Below are positions 1 to 13,072 of a stretch of 64,000 nt of DNA, in pieces. The stretch is from NCBI GenBank assembly GCA_951406725.2, contig OX597833.1, forward strand, positions 25,854,001 through 25,918,000, written 5' to 3'. Position numbers and translations under genes: made by a program. Within the stretch, counting starts at the first letter, position 1, and the number at the start of each line of letters is the position of its first letter. The DNA comes from Octopus vulgaris (taxonomy: Eukaryota). The notes below the pieces were generated by a model. That model had not been told where the DNA came from, did not search any database, and was given only the letters and a program-made list of their open reading frames with translations.

Positions 1-559
1 CTGTATTCTATAGACATGAACGTTAAACAAATATCAAATGTAACACAATGGAATTGCGGTATTACCACGATTCACTAGGTTAAAACTATTCAAGATAAAT
101 CGATCAGTAAATTCATTTTAATTAACATTGAAGAATACAATTTATCTAGTTTTAGAAGTCTTCTACCACGAACATTTTCGAATTTGGAAAACATGCATCA
201 CCTTAAACGACACTGATACAAATATTAACATTGAACGCAAGAGAGTCATTATTCTTCCTTAAATCGCTGTAGGCCAAGAAGAATAGAAATGGACACGTTG
301 CTGTATGAGCAAGGAGATACGCTAGCGCGCAAATACCAGATCTTATCGGATTATTCACTGAGAAGTAGAATAGAATGCACTAACATAAAGCTATAAAGAG
401 ATAATGGATTTGTATCCCATAATACTAACGGTTAGGATATGGAAAGAATTAGAAAATCCTTTGACATATAAACAATCTAATAGTTACAATAAACACGAAC
501 CTGAATTTTTTTTCTGGGCGTAATAATAAACTTAAACACAAGACGAAGTTACACTAATA

Positions 560-779
560 AATAATGGTTCCAAGTTTTAGACCAAGACCAGCAATTTTAG
601 GCTGGGGATAAGTCTATTAAATCGACCCCAGTGTTCAACTGGTGCTCAGGTTATCGACTGCGGAAAGGTGAAAGGCGAAATAGAACTGCGCAGAATTTAA
701 ACTCAGAACGTAAAGCGCACGAAATACTGCTAAACATTTTGCCCGCTATTCTAACAGTTTCGCCAGCTCGCCGCCTTAA
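560..779 (-). mobile_element. tRNA-derived SINE, family A (diverged)
   Basis: Reverse complement begins AAGGCGGCGAGCTGGCGAAAC...GTTCTGAGTTTAAATTCTGCGC and matches the head and body of the copy at 15628-15860. Confidence 0.75.
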
Positions 780-1727
780 GTTACATTTATAAATATTATA
801 ATAAAAAAAAGTACAGTTATCAAGTGTATCACAGAAATATTCATTAGGTGCATTTTTATCATCGGCTAAAGAGAAAATCTAATAAAGCCACCTGCAGGAT
901 TCTAAGCATAAAACTACTTCAAAATAGGCTAAAGTACATAGAACAATGGCGTACATGCTCATTTTTAATAATTCTAGCAAATTCGATGTTACATTTCATC
1001 TTCGGAGAACAAACTCTCCTTTCCGACGATGTATATTCTCCACAGACCCGATACATTGAAATGAAGGGGATTTGAGACCCCCTGATATTTTGATCTGGTT
1101 ATGTAACATTGAAGAAATAAAATGTTGATTTGTGTGTATAGTGTAATGTACTGAAATAGTACCACTATAAAAGGCATTCTTACCTCATAGACTAAGCATA
1201 GAACTAAACGTATAGCAGCCAAGTTTATTTTAAACTGGCCTCCGCTGTCTTGAGACGAGAATCACGTGTTCAGCAATGTATCACAACTATACAAACACAA
1301 TGGAATATTTTTGTTTACAGGTCGGATTGACTAGTGCTGACCTACATATAACTGACCCGATATCTTCGTTTGGTGAAAAGAGATTATTACAATGCAGCTA
1401 CTTTGGAAGGATATATCTAATAGCAAAAACAAATATTGCATAGTCGTGTTTTAGAAACTTACCCTCTGGAAGGCTTTGATGAAAACCGACGTGCTGCCAA
1501 ATTGTGTTGAGCTCATACTCTTGAGTAAGGCCGAGAGGAAATCTTTACAGAATGTGTAGCTCACCTGCAAGAGTAGAAGTGAAAATTCATATATCTATAT
1601 CTATATATATGTATGTAAACAAATGTGTGTGTATGTGTGGTGTGCGTGCGCGTATTCCTGCGCGTTTAAATATATACATATATATGAATGTATGCATAAA
1701 TATATACTCACATACATATGAATAACA

Positions 1728-1800
<73 letters not shown>
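1728..1800. repeat. (ATT)n microsatellite
   Basis: Direct reading; source of the poly-I/poly-L ORFs. Confidence 0.95.
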
Positions 1801-2429
1801 TTCATTTTTTATTTTTATCAACCTTTTGAGGAATGCAGTAAGGATCTGTCTTTTTTTAAATTTTGTTTTGAAGAATACGCAGAGAGGTCAATGTAAATAA
1901 CAATGTTCAGATTAACAAATACTGGATGAGAAAGATCAGTTGATTGTTCTTCAGTGCACGTTTATTTTTACCTTTAATGAATTTAAAGACTGTTTGACGA
2001 TGAGAGCATTTATCATAGCCTTAGATAACTTCGAGATATGCTCGAATTTATTTCGTTTCCCATCCGGTTATTTATCGTCTTATCGATGGAAAACCTTTGT
2101 ACAAACATATCCTGCGAAGAGCATACGACTATTTGTACATCGTTTCCTATTAAAAAATCCATTTAGTAAAATATGTTAAATATTTCTTTTCAGAAATCTG
2201 TTTGCATAGATTCAAGTCGGAGGTTTGAATAAATGCTTTCGGTTGAAGAAGAATACAGCCTGAATAAATAATTATTAAATTATTAGAAATAATTATTAAA
2301 TTTGTGCAAATAAATATCATTTTCTTCATAGTTATTTGTTTTTAGAAACAAAGAACGATTTTTTATCTTTTCGAATAGAATTTGGTCCATCCTATAGTAT
2401 ATTCATATACGTGTTCGTTGTAAATAAAG

Positions 2430-2790
2430 ACTGTCTAAAAATAGTGAAGGTTTTCAAAAAGCTCGTGGTTAAAAATAGTGTTCGACGGAAAACATGCGTA
2501 AACGTATCGAAGTGTTACAATATAGTTCTAGGTTAGAGAAAATATCCATCGTTAGCAAAAGTATTTAGCAGAAAGTATGTATAAAAGAAACCGACTGTTC
2601 TACGTTAGTGAGAACATTCAGCGTTAATAACAATTTCAATAGAAAACTTGTATAAAAGAACCGATAGACTACAAGATTGTTCTAGGTTAGTAAAAATGTT
2701 CATCGTTCACAAATGTATTTATGTATAAAAGAAATTGAGCTTTACAAGACTCTTCTACTTTAGAATGTTCAGGGTTAACAAATTAACAAA
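2430..2790 (+). repeat. Degenerate minisatellite, ~72-82 bp unit
   Basis: (G/C)TTCTA(G/C)(G/T)TTAG recurs at ~2525, 2597, 2679 and 2752, and GTATAAAAGAA recurs at ~2579, 2650 and 2723. Confidence 0.6.
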
Positions 2791-3586
2791 TATGCTCAAG
2801 TTTGATAGTCGCGTTTCAGGTTATTACATGTGAAAGGTTGAGGGAGAATGTCTTAACAACATTTAATAAATGTTAGCGTTGCGATATTCTGGAAGAGGAG
2901 AACGTCACCGCAGAAAAGCGTATAACAGTAGAAAATAGGATAATAATAATAATGTTAAAACCATCAGCTACGGCTCCACGGAGAACCAAATTAGAAACAT
3001 AGGAAGTTGGTTCATCCACAGTGCAGTCACCACTGGGAACATACTATGAAGCAGGGCACTAAAACGAAGATATAAGAAGTGTCCGCCCTTAATCAAGACA
3101 TTACGAGCATCGTTTCGCACAGACAGAATACAAGTATAGAGTAACGAGACGAAATGCAAAAAGGGAAATAAATAAAAAAGAAACAAAGGAAAAAACTAGA
3201 AGCAGTCCAGATTAGATACCAGTTTGAGGATATATAAGGGTCGTCCATCATGGAGAACTTGAGATTCACAGTTGTTCAAACCTCCCTCTTTCTCAATCTG
3301 TACATATGTACGTGTATATATTCTTATTTATCTTATCTTTTACTAGTTTTAATCTATGAACTGTGGTCATGCTGGGGCACTGCTTGTAATCAAAATAATT
3401 GACTCCGGCTCAGTTTTTTTTAAATTCTGGAACTTATACTATCAGACTCCGGTTGTCAGTCAGTTGTGGAGGGACAAACACAAACTCAGACACGTTTCTT
3501 TCCCATCCACATGGTTTGAATTGCCGTCCAAATGAGTGGCACTTGGATCAAATGTCTTCTAAAAAAGGCATATAATATAATATAAT

Positions 3587-3710
3587 ATGCGTTCTGAGTT
3601 CAAATTCCGTCGAGGTCGACTTTGACTTTCATCCTTTTGGGGTCGATAAATTAAGTATCAATTGCGAACTGGCTCCTCCCACCAAAATTTCGGGCCTTGT
3701 ACCTAGAGTA
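3587..3710 (+). mobile_element. SINE family A, 5'-truncated
   Basis: CGTTCTGAGTTCAAATTCCGTCGAGGTCGACTTTGACTTTCATCCTTTTGGGGTCGATAAATTAAGTA matches the family A core. Confidence 0.75.
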
Positions 3711-3712
3711 TA

Positions 3713-3780
<68 letters not shown>

Positions 3781-3806
3781 TGTATGTATATATATATATA
3801 TGTTTG

Positions 3807-3846
<40 letters not shown>

Positions 3847-4029
3847 TGGGTGTGTATGATTATGTACAGAAGAATATGTTACTCAAAGAAATTCCTACTT
3901 TGCCTCATTCTCATGTTTTATTGACAATCTTGTAATAATATAATATGATGACATGATAGAATATTAAATGTCCATTCAGATGGACAAAGAGTAAGTACTT
4001 CCTGGGACAGGTAAGTGTGAAGATGGCTG

Positions 4030-4720
4030 ATATCTGTGTGTATGTCCATGTATGTGCGCGCGTGTGTGTGATGGCATGTGCGTGTATGTCATAGTGTGAG
4101 TGTGTGTATGGTAGCAGGTGCATTTGCCAATAACTGAGTGTGCGTGGGAGGGTGTGTGTCTGCTGGTGGTGGTGTCATGTGTGTCTGAACCGTGTGTGTG
4201 TATGGTAGTGTGTGTGTGTGTGCCAGTAAGTGAGTATTTGTGTGTGCGCGTGGTGGAGTGTCTGGGTGTGGTTGTGGTGGCATGACTGTGTGATACCGTA
4301 TGTGTGGATGGTAGTATGTGTATGGCAGTAACTGTGTGTGTACGTGGTAGCGTGTGCATGTGGTGCTAACTGTGTGTATGTGTGCGCGTGTATGTGTGTG
4401 CGTGCGCAAATGTGTGTATGGTATTTACTGTTTGCACGTGTTTGTTTTGTGTGCGTGTGGTTATGTGTGGGTATGTGCGCATGAGAGAGTGTGGAATTGT
4501 ATGTACGCATGTGTATGTATATAAGGGCATATATGTGTGTGTTGTTGTTTTGAGCTGTATGTGCATTCATATATGTGTGCGTGCAAGTGTGTGCATGTGT
4601 GTATATATGTGTGTACGTGTATGTACGCGTGTGTATGTATATGTGTGTGCATATATATGTGTGTTGATGTGTGTGGAGGTATATGCGCGTTCATGTGTGT
4701 GTGCGCGTATGCGTATTTAT
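4030..4720. repeat. Degenerate (GT)n/(GTAT)n-rich tract
   Basis: Direct reading; explains the His/Thr- and Val/Cys-rich ORFs. Confidence 0.9.
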
Positions 4721-4734
4721 AGTCAAGATATCCT

Positions 4735-4820
4735 TGCCCTGAAGAGTAGCCTGCAGTATACGCCTCGATTGGATATTTACCACTTCTAAGGTTCCGTACG
4801 CTATGAAACATAGGTAGCCA
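4735..4820 (+). ncRNA. Type I hammerhead ribozyme-like motif (probable PLE terminal repeat)
   Basis: tgcc-CTGAAGA-gtagc...gctat-GAAAC-atag-GTA-gcca: intact core, paired stem II, one stem I mismatch. Confidence 0.5.
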
Positions 4821-5085
4821 GAATATAACCTGCTCCTTTCCTAAATTCTTGTTTCCTTATTTGCACAGCCAGCAAATCTGGTCGCCTACCGTGAAATATG
4901 AAAACACTTTTTCAGTTTTTCGTACGCGTGTACGGAAAAAATCCACACTCTTCCATCCCTATAATCCATCATTGTCCCTGGAAGTTGCTTTTTTTATACT
5001 AACTACGGATTGCTTGAAGCTAAGTCTCTTCCTACATGTCGATTCCTGGATATTATATTATATTTTATATATATATATATTGAGA

Positions 5086-5116
<31 letters not shown>

Positions 5117-5895
5117 TAGTGGAGAGATTTAAAAAATAATGAAAATCACGTACTGAAAATTTAAAGAGTGCTTCATATAATTGTAGTAGACTATCTAATA
5201 ATACTTGTCGAAATCCCATAAAAGAGAAACAGTTTGCACCATTCGATGATTTTTAAACGTTACACAACATATTCATATACATTCGTAAATCCACACCAAC
5301 CAAGATACAATAACATACATGCAAATATGCATTAACACATATATACATATTTGAACACATACGCAAATAAATAGAAACAAACACACACACATATGAATAT
5401 AAATGTAATATGAGCTAGATTTCAATTCATTACACATCAATGTATATCCTTTCAATTTTGACATTTAGCTCTATGTACTTAGATGATAGGAAAACTTTAA
5501 GTAGACGTTTACACTCGTAAACCATTGACCTCTCTGAAAGCTGAATAGCGTTACTTTACCTCTGAATGCTTCAATGGCGCAAGAATTCTTCAGTTCTTGA
5601 CCTTAACTTCAATTCCTTGCTATGAATCGAACAGAAACTTTCGCGGAAATTGATTCAATATTCTACTGATGTGTGAATCAGTTTTGAACTTTACTGCAAA
5701 GCTATTATATTTTCTAATCGGCAGATGTGTATATAATTACGAAAACTTATATACAGGTGTACATAGAGACATATATAAATATACATTCATACGTAGAATT
5801 TGGGGAGTATATACTACCACATACACTTGCATACACAAACACACATATACATACATACATATGTACATACATACATACACACATACACACATACA

Positions 5896-5926
<31 letters not shown>

Positions 5927-6141
5927 GGAGAAAGAGACAACTATATACTTATATGGTCGGTCTGATACATAATACAAATAACATAATACAAATGTCCTCA
6001 CATACAGATATTCGCGTCTACACACAGAAATAGAAATACCTACAAAAACATAAAGATGAGATTTGTAAATTTTACAATGAATAAACTGTATGACAGGTGT
6101 CCGAGGATACACACTATCACATGCATGTACACACTATCACA

Positions 6142-6189
<48 letters not shown>

Positions 6190-6260
6190 TACGCATATAT
6201 ATGTATAGCCACTAAATGTTTATTTTTATATTTTCTCACTCTCTGCTTATTTCTGTGTTC

Positions 6261-6296
6261 CGTTCTGTTGAAGAGCGTAGGCTCGAAAAGTAGAAG
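6261..6296 (+). ncRNA. Variant/degenerate minimal hammerhead-like motif
   Basis: CTGTTGA-a-GAGC-gtag-GCTC-GAAA-a-GTA; core position A6 is replaced by U. A related 3' half (GCTCGAAACG) occurs at ~15197. Confidence 0.35.
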
Positions 6297-6384
6297 ACTT
6301 TCTCACTTCCCGAGTGTTAAACTAATACATCTGCTTGTTGTTTATACACCAGTCTTCGTCTTTTGATTTGTCTTTGTAAATTCC

Positions 6385-6387
<3 letters not shown>

Positions 6388-6455
<68 letters not shown>

Positions 6456-6490
6456 CAGACAGAGACAGAGATAGAGATAGATAGATAGAT

Positions 6491-6565
<75 letters not shown>

Positions 6566-6570
6566 AATAC

Positions 6571-6611
<41 letters not shown>

Positions 6612-6612
6612 C
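6388..6612. repeat. Compound (TA)n-(GA)n-(GATA)n microsatellite
   Basis: Direct reading. Confidence 0.95.
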
Positions 6613-6757
6613 TTACACACTCAAATATACAAAACTAATTCAATAACTCTTGGCTGAAACAGAAAGCCATACTTTCTTTGTTCATGTTCGTTTTATTATT
6701 TGCTTAAATTATAACTCAAAATGAAACTTAGATACACATGACGGTGAAATATATATA

Positions 6758-7056
6758 TCTATATATATAAAAGTGAGGTTGTGTGGTGTCTGTCTCCTAC
6801 GATTTAGATTCCTAACTACTCTCACATTTTGCGGTGCAGTTTAACCAAAAGCGGGTATCTTATAGTCGTGATTCATATCGAGCCCTTCAGGGTATTCGCG
6901 CGCTTCTACGATGAGTCTACGATTTAAAAAAAAATTACCATAATTTTTTTCCATTTTTAATCATTTTTTGTGATTATATAAGGGAAGTAACTCTCTAACA
7001 ATGCTTATATAGTTATTTCCCTTACAAACCCGAGCAACGCCGGGCGATACTGCTAG
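6758..7056 (+). mobile_element. Non-autonomous Helitron (~300 bp)
   Basis: 5' TC (TCTATATATATAAAA), subterminal imperfect hairpin CCCGAGCAACGCCGGG, 3' CTAG, inserted between A and T: the canonical Helitron termini. Confidence 0.8.
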
Positions 7057-8097
7057 TATATATATATATACATATATATATATACAATCTGAATACGTGT
7101 CGTCAAAAATGACGGCTGATTGTAGTATCTTATATATAAATAAGATACAAATTAAGGTACATAATCACACATACAAATTTTCACATACTTCCCTTGTACA
7201 CGCACACACATACACCCATATACTTACACAGCGTTGAATCGCTGATTTTTTTCACCCCCTCCTTTCTCTCATTGCTATTACGTTCTTTCACTCTCTCTCA
7301 GTCAGGGTTATTACTCTCTCTACTCCTTAACTAAACTACTATTTTCTCTCCTCCTCCGCGTCCGGCGTAATTCTGGACACACACACACAAAGGCACACGC
7401 ATGCACACACACACACACACACACACACATGCATGCATATGAGTGCTATTTCGGACAAGTTGAAAGGTATTCAATGCATAATGTAGAATTTTTACATTTT
7501 ATTTGAAAGTGAATTCTCCTGAATTGCATCACGGAGTTTGAGTTAACCAATTTCAGAAACAAAATTAAGGAAGTAACTTTCACAGTATAAAATAACTGTT
7601 AAGTCATCGAAATGTAATTAATTTCGGAAATCAGATGGAATGCCGCAAAAAATACAACAAATACTTGACGTATTCATCTACTCAGACATCTTCAAGGGCA
7701 TAACACCTGGTACTTCGTGTATTCATTATCATAGGTATAATACACCCGAAAGCAAAAAAGGTTGCTATTGTTAATGAAATCTTAGCGCTAGTGAAGTTTA
7801 GAATGTTTTTGCCATAATTCAACTACCTGCTTTGTTTTCTTGTTTTACTTACATCTGGAATGATCAAAATACTTGTTAATTGGTCACATTCGTTCCTTCA
7901 ATGACCCGAATTTGGAAGATAACAACTGAAATGCATGTTTATTGAATCAAATACACACATAACTACATCAAACTACGTGATTCTATAATTAAATTTAGAT
8001 CAAGAGAAAATATTCAAAATGTATAATATTACGTATATTTATTGTACAAAATAAGATAAATATGCTATATATTTCTATGGAAACATAAATCTATATT

Positions 8098-8130
<33 letters not shown>

Positions 8131-8159
8131 GTATGTTAGTATATATATGCATATATATT

Positions 8160-8215
<56 letters not shown>

Positions 8216-8218
<3 letters not shown>

Positions 8219-9475
8219 GGATTGGACAAAATAATGGAAACACCTAGCATCATAGCTTAATAATTTTGAAATATCTATAAAACCGTAAAAGCTTGTTTAT
8301 TTTTGTGTTTTTTAATTTATTATTAGTGTTGCTTGATATGTTTTTGCTAAAATTGCTGTTTCTTTTCAGATATCATCAGAAAAGGGTAATTAAAATTCAT
8401 TAAAATGATAGATCTATCGGACTTTCAAAGATATCAAATTGTTGGTGCTCATATGGCAGGCGCCAGCGTAATGAAAGCAGCCGAAATGCTTGGTGTATCA
8501 AAAAGTACTGTCTCGAAAGTAATGACAACGTTTGAGAAAGAGGGAAAAACCTCCTCGCCGAAACAAAACTCCGGAAGAAAACCAAAACTTTCAGATAGGG
8601 ACCGTTGGACTCTTAAGCGAATTGTTAGAAAGGGTCACAAAAGTACAATTCCTAAAATTACTGCAGAGCTTAATATCCTCCCCGAAAATCCAGTTCCCAC
8701 AAAAACTGTTCGCCGGGAACTGCACAAAGCGGGATTTCACGAGAAGGCTGCAATCAGAAAACCACTAATTTCAGAATCAAACGTTGTAAAGCGTTAAAGT
8801 GGAGTAAAAACCTACAGAATTGGCCACTAGAGCACTGGAAGAATGTTATTTTCTCGGACGAGTCAACTTTTACTTTATTTCCGATCACCGGCTGAGTATA
8901 CGTGTGTAGAGAGCCAAAAGAAGCGTTCGACTCAGACTGCCTTCTTCCAAATGTTAAACGTGGAGGTGGGTCTGCGATGATTGTCGGGTGGGGGTGGGGG
9001 GCTATATCTTGGAAATTCGCTGGTCCAATGTTTCCCTTCATGGCAGAATTGATAGTCAACACTATTTAAGCATTTTATCTGATCAAATTCATCCTATGAT
9101 TGGAGAACTGTTTCCGGAGGGAAACGCAATATTTCGGGATGATAATGCACCAATTCACACAGCTAAAGTTGTTACTCAATGACATGAAGAACATTCTAGT
9201 GAAGTTGAACGACATATCTGGCCACCGCAGTCCCCAGATCTAAATATTATTGAACATTTCTAGTGCATTTTAGAAAAACAATTAATGACTACAAGAACTG
9301 GAGACTGTTTTACTTGAAGAATGGACAACAATTCCTTTGGAAACAATTAAAACTTTGTACGAATCTTTATCTCATAGAATTGGAACTGTAATTACTGCAA
9401 AATGCGGTCCTACCCTATATTAAAATAAATTTGTTTCAAATTTTAAGGTGTTACCATTATTTTGTCCAACCCATG
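8216..9475 (+). mobile_element. Tc1-type DNA transposon, full length, inactive
   Basis: 30-bp TIRs (CAGGGATTGGACAAAATAATGGAAACACCT versus reverse complement CATGGGTTGGACAAAATAATGGTAACACCT, 27/30 identical) flanked by TA on both sides; internal transposase. Confidence 0.95.
8405..9423 (+). pseudogene. Tc1 transposase pseudogene (DDE)
   Basis: HTH region with GRKPK motif; catalytic motifs FSDES, FRDDNAPIH and SPDLNIIE; several stops (e.g. 8795-8797) and frameshifts. Confidence 0.92.
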
Positions 9476-11504
9476 TATATATGGTGGTGGTTGTCTACTC
9501 CTTATGCAGAGTTTGACAACCTCTTGTATCTACATCTTAGAAGAATCATGTCATATGATGTGGCTTTTTAATCCAGACAACGTTCTGAAAATTCACCCAG
9601 ATAGATTGCATATCGGATTTGGACCACCAAGAGGTGCAGATAAGTTCTGCTATTTGTAATCTTAATATGTCTTTTGAGGCCTCCATTAGATTTGCAAACC
9701 TTGTGGGATACATTGCATTGAAAGGTGTGCACAGACATATAGGCAGAATAGATAGTGGAGGTTCGCTTTCCATGGGTTCGTAAATGAGATTTGAGCCCAG
9801 CAAAAGAAAGTCATGGTCTGTCACAAACTGTGCACACAAAAAGATCATTGTGTTTCACCTTCTCGATCGTAACATTCTTCCTTGAATATCTTTTAAGTCT
9901 TGCATGCGTTATCCTGGCCTCTTCAAACGCTTTCACTCCACTCCACACTTTTGTTCGCCATATAGCTCGACCGAAGCACGGGTGTCTATATGACTCATTA
10001 GTAGTCCTTATGCCGACCTTAAAACTCATTTTAGGTTTACGCCGATAGCGTTTCTCGTCTGCAAGCTTACCATAAAACAGCTGTTTGGTCGTGCGTTTCG
10101 ACATTCGAACAATATGGCCACACCATCTCATTTGGTTTCTCAAAATCATAGCTTTAATTGAGGTGATACCTGCAGATGCTATGACAATGAATTCCATTTA
10201 ATGTTTAAAATGCGATGAAGGCAATTTTGGTGGAATTGTTCTAACAATTTAAAATGTCTTTCATAGCATGTCCATGATTCACAAGAATACAACAAGGAGA
10301 GTAAGACAAAAGAGCCAATTTTGTATTGTTATTTATATGTCGCTGACGCCAAACGTGTCACTCCAAACCACTAAATGCTTTTGCTGCACTTTGAATTCGC
10401 AGATGTATTTCTGTATCCAGATTTCCATCATTTTTACAAAGCTTCCAATCTGTGTGAATGAATCGACAACCTCAAGTAACATATCCTTAACAAAAATTTT
10501 AGGTGGATTGCAAACAGGACCATATGCCGGTTGATACATTACAACCGTTTTTTTTTTTTCAAGTTGATGTTTAAGCCCATATCATCATAAGGTGAGTCAC
10601 ATACAGATACAAGAGATTGTAGACCTGTTTCAGAATGACTAACTAGATCGCAATCGTCAGCGTATAAGAGTTCCATAATGAGTGAAGTAAAAACTTCGTC
10701 ATGAATTTCAGTCTGGTCAGATTAAAAACATTCCCTGTTGTTTGATATTTTATGTAAATACCCTCCTTATAATTTTGAAAAGCGTGTGATAACACAACAG
10801 GAAAGTATATTGCAAAGAGGGTGGGTGCATCAAGGTTTCCTTGCTTTATTCCATTTTCCACGGCGAAAGATTCAGAGATCATCCTACCAACAAAATTAAC
10901 TCTAGCATTCATATCTTGATTCAAAGTCTTAATCATGTTTACAAATTTTTCTGGGCAACTTATTTTTCTTAGAATTAGCTACAGAGCATTTCGATTAATG
11001 TAGCGATTGCTTTGTTGATTTCAACAAAACAAAGGTACAGGGTAAGATTCTGTTTAATGCACTTTTCTTAAAACTGCCTAATAGTAGAAATACAATCAGC
11101 TGTATTTCTAGAGGTGCAAATAACACACTGAGACTCAGACACTATATTTGGAAAATGTGGGCATGTACCTTTCCAAGTAATGACAAATGCAAAATTACCA
11201 CACAGATCCTTTGGCCCCAATTTATACTAGGAGACTAAAATGGTGTTAATCCAGTCTTTAGGCATTTTCTCAGTTCTCCAACAGTGACAATTTAATATAC
11301 TCAAGAGTTCGAACATTTTGTCACCCATCCACATATTTCAAGACTTCTGTACAGATTCCATCAGGCCCTGGAGACGTATTGTTGTTCAGCTTATTCGTAG
11401 CTAAATAAATGTCATTTAGAGTTCATTCGAATGCTATCTCATCTATAATTGGAAGATACATTATTTACATGTGACGGATATTTGTCCTCATCTTGTTTGT
11501 TGTT

Positions 11505-11550
11505 AACACAAAGTTTCAGCTGATATACCCTCCAGTCTTCATCAGGTGTC
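11505..11550 (-). ncRNA. Minimal type I hammerhead (degenerate copy)
   Basis: gacac-CTGATGA-a-gactg..cagct-GAAAC-TTT-gtgtt; mismatches in stems II and III. Confidence 0.55.
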
Positions 11551-11624
11551 TTGGGGAAATTTCGAACCTGGGTTTTCATTCCTAAGGTATTTTTCGATGT
11601 TATTTTTATTATTAACATTATTAA

Positions 11625-11695
11625 GGTCACTGCTCGGAATCGAGCTATTAAATCTTGGGTTTAGTAGTCCGCGCTCTTAACCACTATGCCGTATG
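11625..11695 (-). promoter_or_regulatory. tRNA-like Pol III A/B-box module inside the PLE 3' region
   Basis: GGCATAGTGGTTAAGAGCGCGGACTACTAAACCCAAG..GCTCGATTCC; homologous copies at 13892-13961 and 58471-58533. Confidence 0.6.
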
Positions 11696-11787
11696 TCTGT
11701 GGGCAATTAGAGTGAATTTTAGGGCTTATAAATCTAATATTTACCTATCCTTCCTTAATACCTGTTCCCATATGCTGTTCATATCTG

Positions 11788-12565
11788 TCAAAGTGCTGTC
11801 ATCTGCCTGTCGGCTCTACTCCTGCGACTCAACTTGATTTCGAGCCGGGTCGTCTGCTGCAGGAGAGGACCGATCAGGTAAAGGACCTAGGTATCTTGGT
11901 GGATTCCTCCTTTTCGCCTTCGGCCCAGTGCGTCCATGCTGCCAACAAAGCACGCGGAATTCTGTTCTTGATTCGACGGTCATTCGGAATGCTCACAGCA
12001 GCCATATTCCTACCACTCTATGTCACGCTGGTGAGACCCATATTGGAGTATGGGATTCAAGCCTCTTCTCCTTATCTCCTCAAAGACATACAGCATCTCG
12101 AAAGAGTCCAGAAGCTGGCTACTCGCATGGTTCATGGTCTCAAAATTTGTCCTACGAAGAAAGGCTGAGGACGCTCGACCTTTATTCTCTTGAAAAACGC
12201 CGCCGCCGTGGTGATCTCATTCTCGCCCACAACATCATAAGCGGAAAGTGTAACCTCTCGAAAGAGCTGTTCTTCACTCCTGCTCCAGAGCGTCGGCTGC
12301 GGGGTCATTCCGAAAAGCTCTACCTGCGACGATTTCATCTCAATCGAAGGAGAGGAGCTTTCTCCGTCCGCGTTGCGGATCCGTGGAACAAGCTGCCAGA
12401 CGAGATGGTGAAGATGCCGACGACCGCTTTGTTCAAAGCCTCCCTTGACCTCAAGTGGCCTGAACTCTTTACATGAACACCACCCTGTACTTAACTCCAT
12501 GTCCCCCTACATGGCCTTGCTATTTGCTTTTGAGCCAAATTAACTAACTAACTAACTAACTAACT
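11788..12565 (+). mobile_element. CR1-group LINE 3' fragment nested in the PLE
   Basis: SKCCHL..VKDLGILVDS..LVRPILEYG..LYSLEKRRRRGDLI..RVADPWNKLP with one frameshift near 12145; (TAAC)n tail at 12541-12564; splits the PLE sequence that is contiguous at ~58870. Confidence 0.9.
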
Positions 12566-12987
12566 CGGTCTGCTTAGGAGGTTGTTGTGTCCTAGCGTAT
12601 GTGCTGCTTCTTTTATTTTCGTATTTTCGTATTTTCTAGTGGTCTTCTCTGTCTATTATTTTAACTTCATCCCACAGGGGGAGGTGGTCTCCCTTTTTCT
12701 ATGCATGGTTAGCTAAACCCGATTTTTCAATATCTCCTCGTGTCACAGTTTTGCGATTTTGGTCTATCCTCATTTTGAGGGGGCGCCTTGTTTCGCCTTT
12801 GTATAACCTACCACAGCTGCATGGGATGGAGTACACGCAGTCTTTAGTCATATTCTCTTCTATTGGTGGTTTTACTCGAAGGCGATGTTTGCGAAGTGTT
12901 GTATTGCTCTTGAATATTGTCCTGATGTCATATGGGCCGCATATCTTTTGCATCTTTTCGGAGAGGCCTTTCACATAGGGTAAACAC
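12566..12987 (-). pseudogene. PLE GIY-YIG endonuclease remnant
   Basis: LPYVKGLSEKMQKI..CVYSIPCSCGRLYKGETRRPLKMR..SGLANHA..WDEVKII..KEAAH, typical of Penelope-type GIY-YIG domains; contains stops. Confidence 0.88.
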
Positions 12988-13026
12988 TACCTTAGGAATG
13001 AGAACCAAGGTTCAAAATTTCCACAA

Positions 13027-13072
13027 GACACCTGATGAAGGCTGGAGGGTATATCAGCCGAAACGTTGTGTT
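13027..13072 (+). ncRNA. Minimal type I hammerhead ribozyme, intact core
   Basis: gacac-CTGATGA-a-GGCTG-gagggtatat-CAGCC-GAAAC-GTT-gtgtt; stem I gacac/gtgtt, stem II GGCTG/CAGCC, palindromic AACGTT stem III (dimer type). Confidence 0.75.

Noticed and set aside
3629-4811. Many overlapping ORFs rich in YI, HT, VC or poly-I/L (also at 15.3-17, 34.5, 36, 46.5 and 53.5 kb)
   Set aside because: They are translations of (TA)n, (CA)n, (TATG)n and (ATT)n microsatellites and are open in several frames on both strands.
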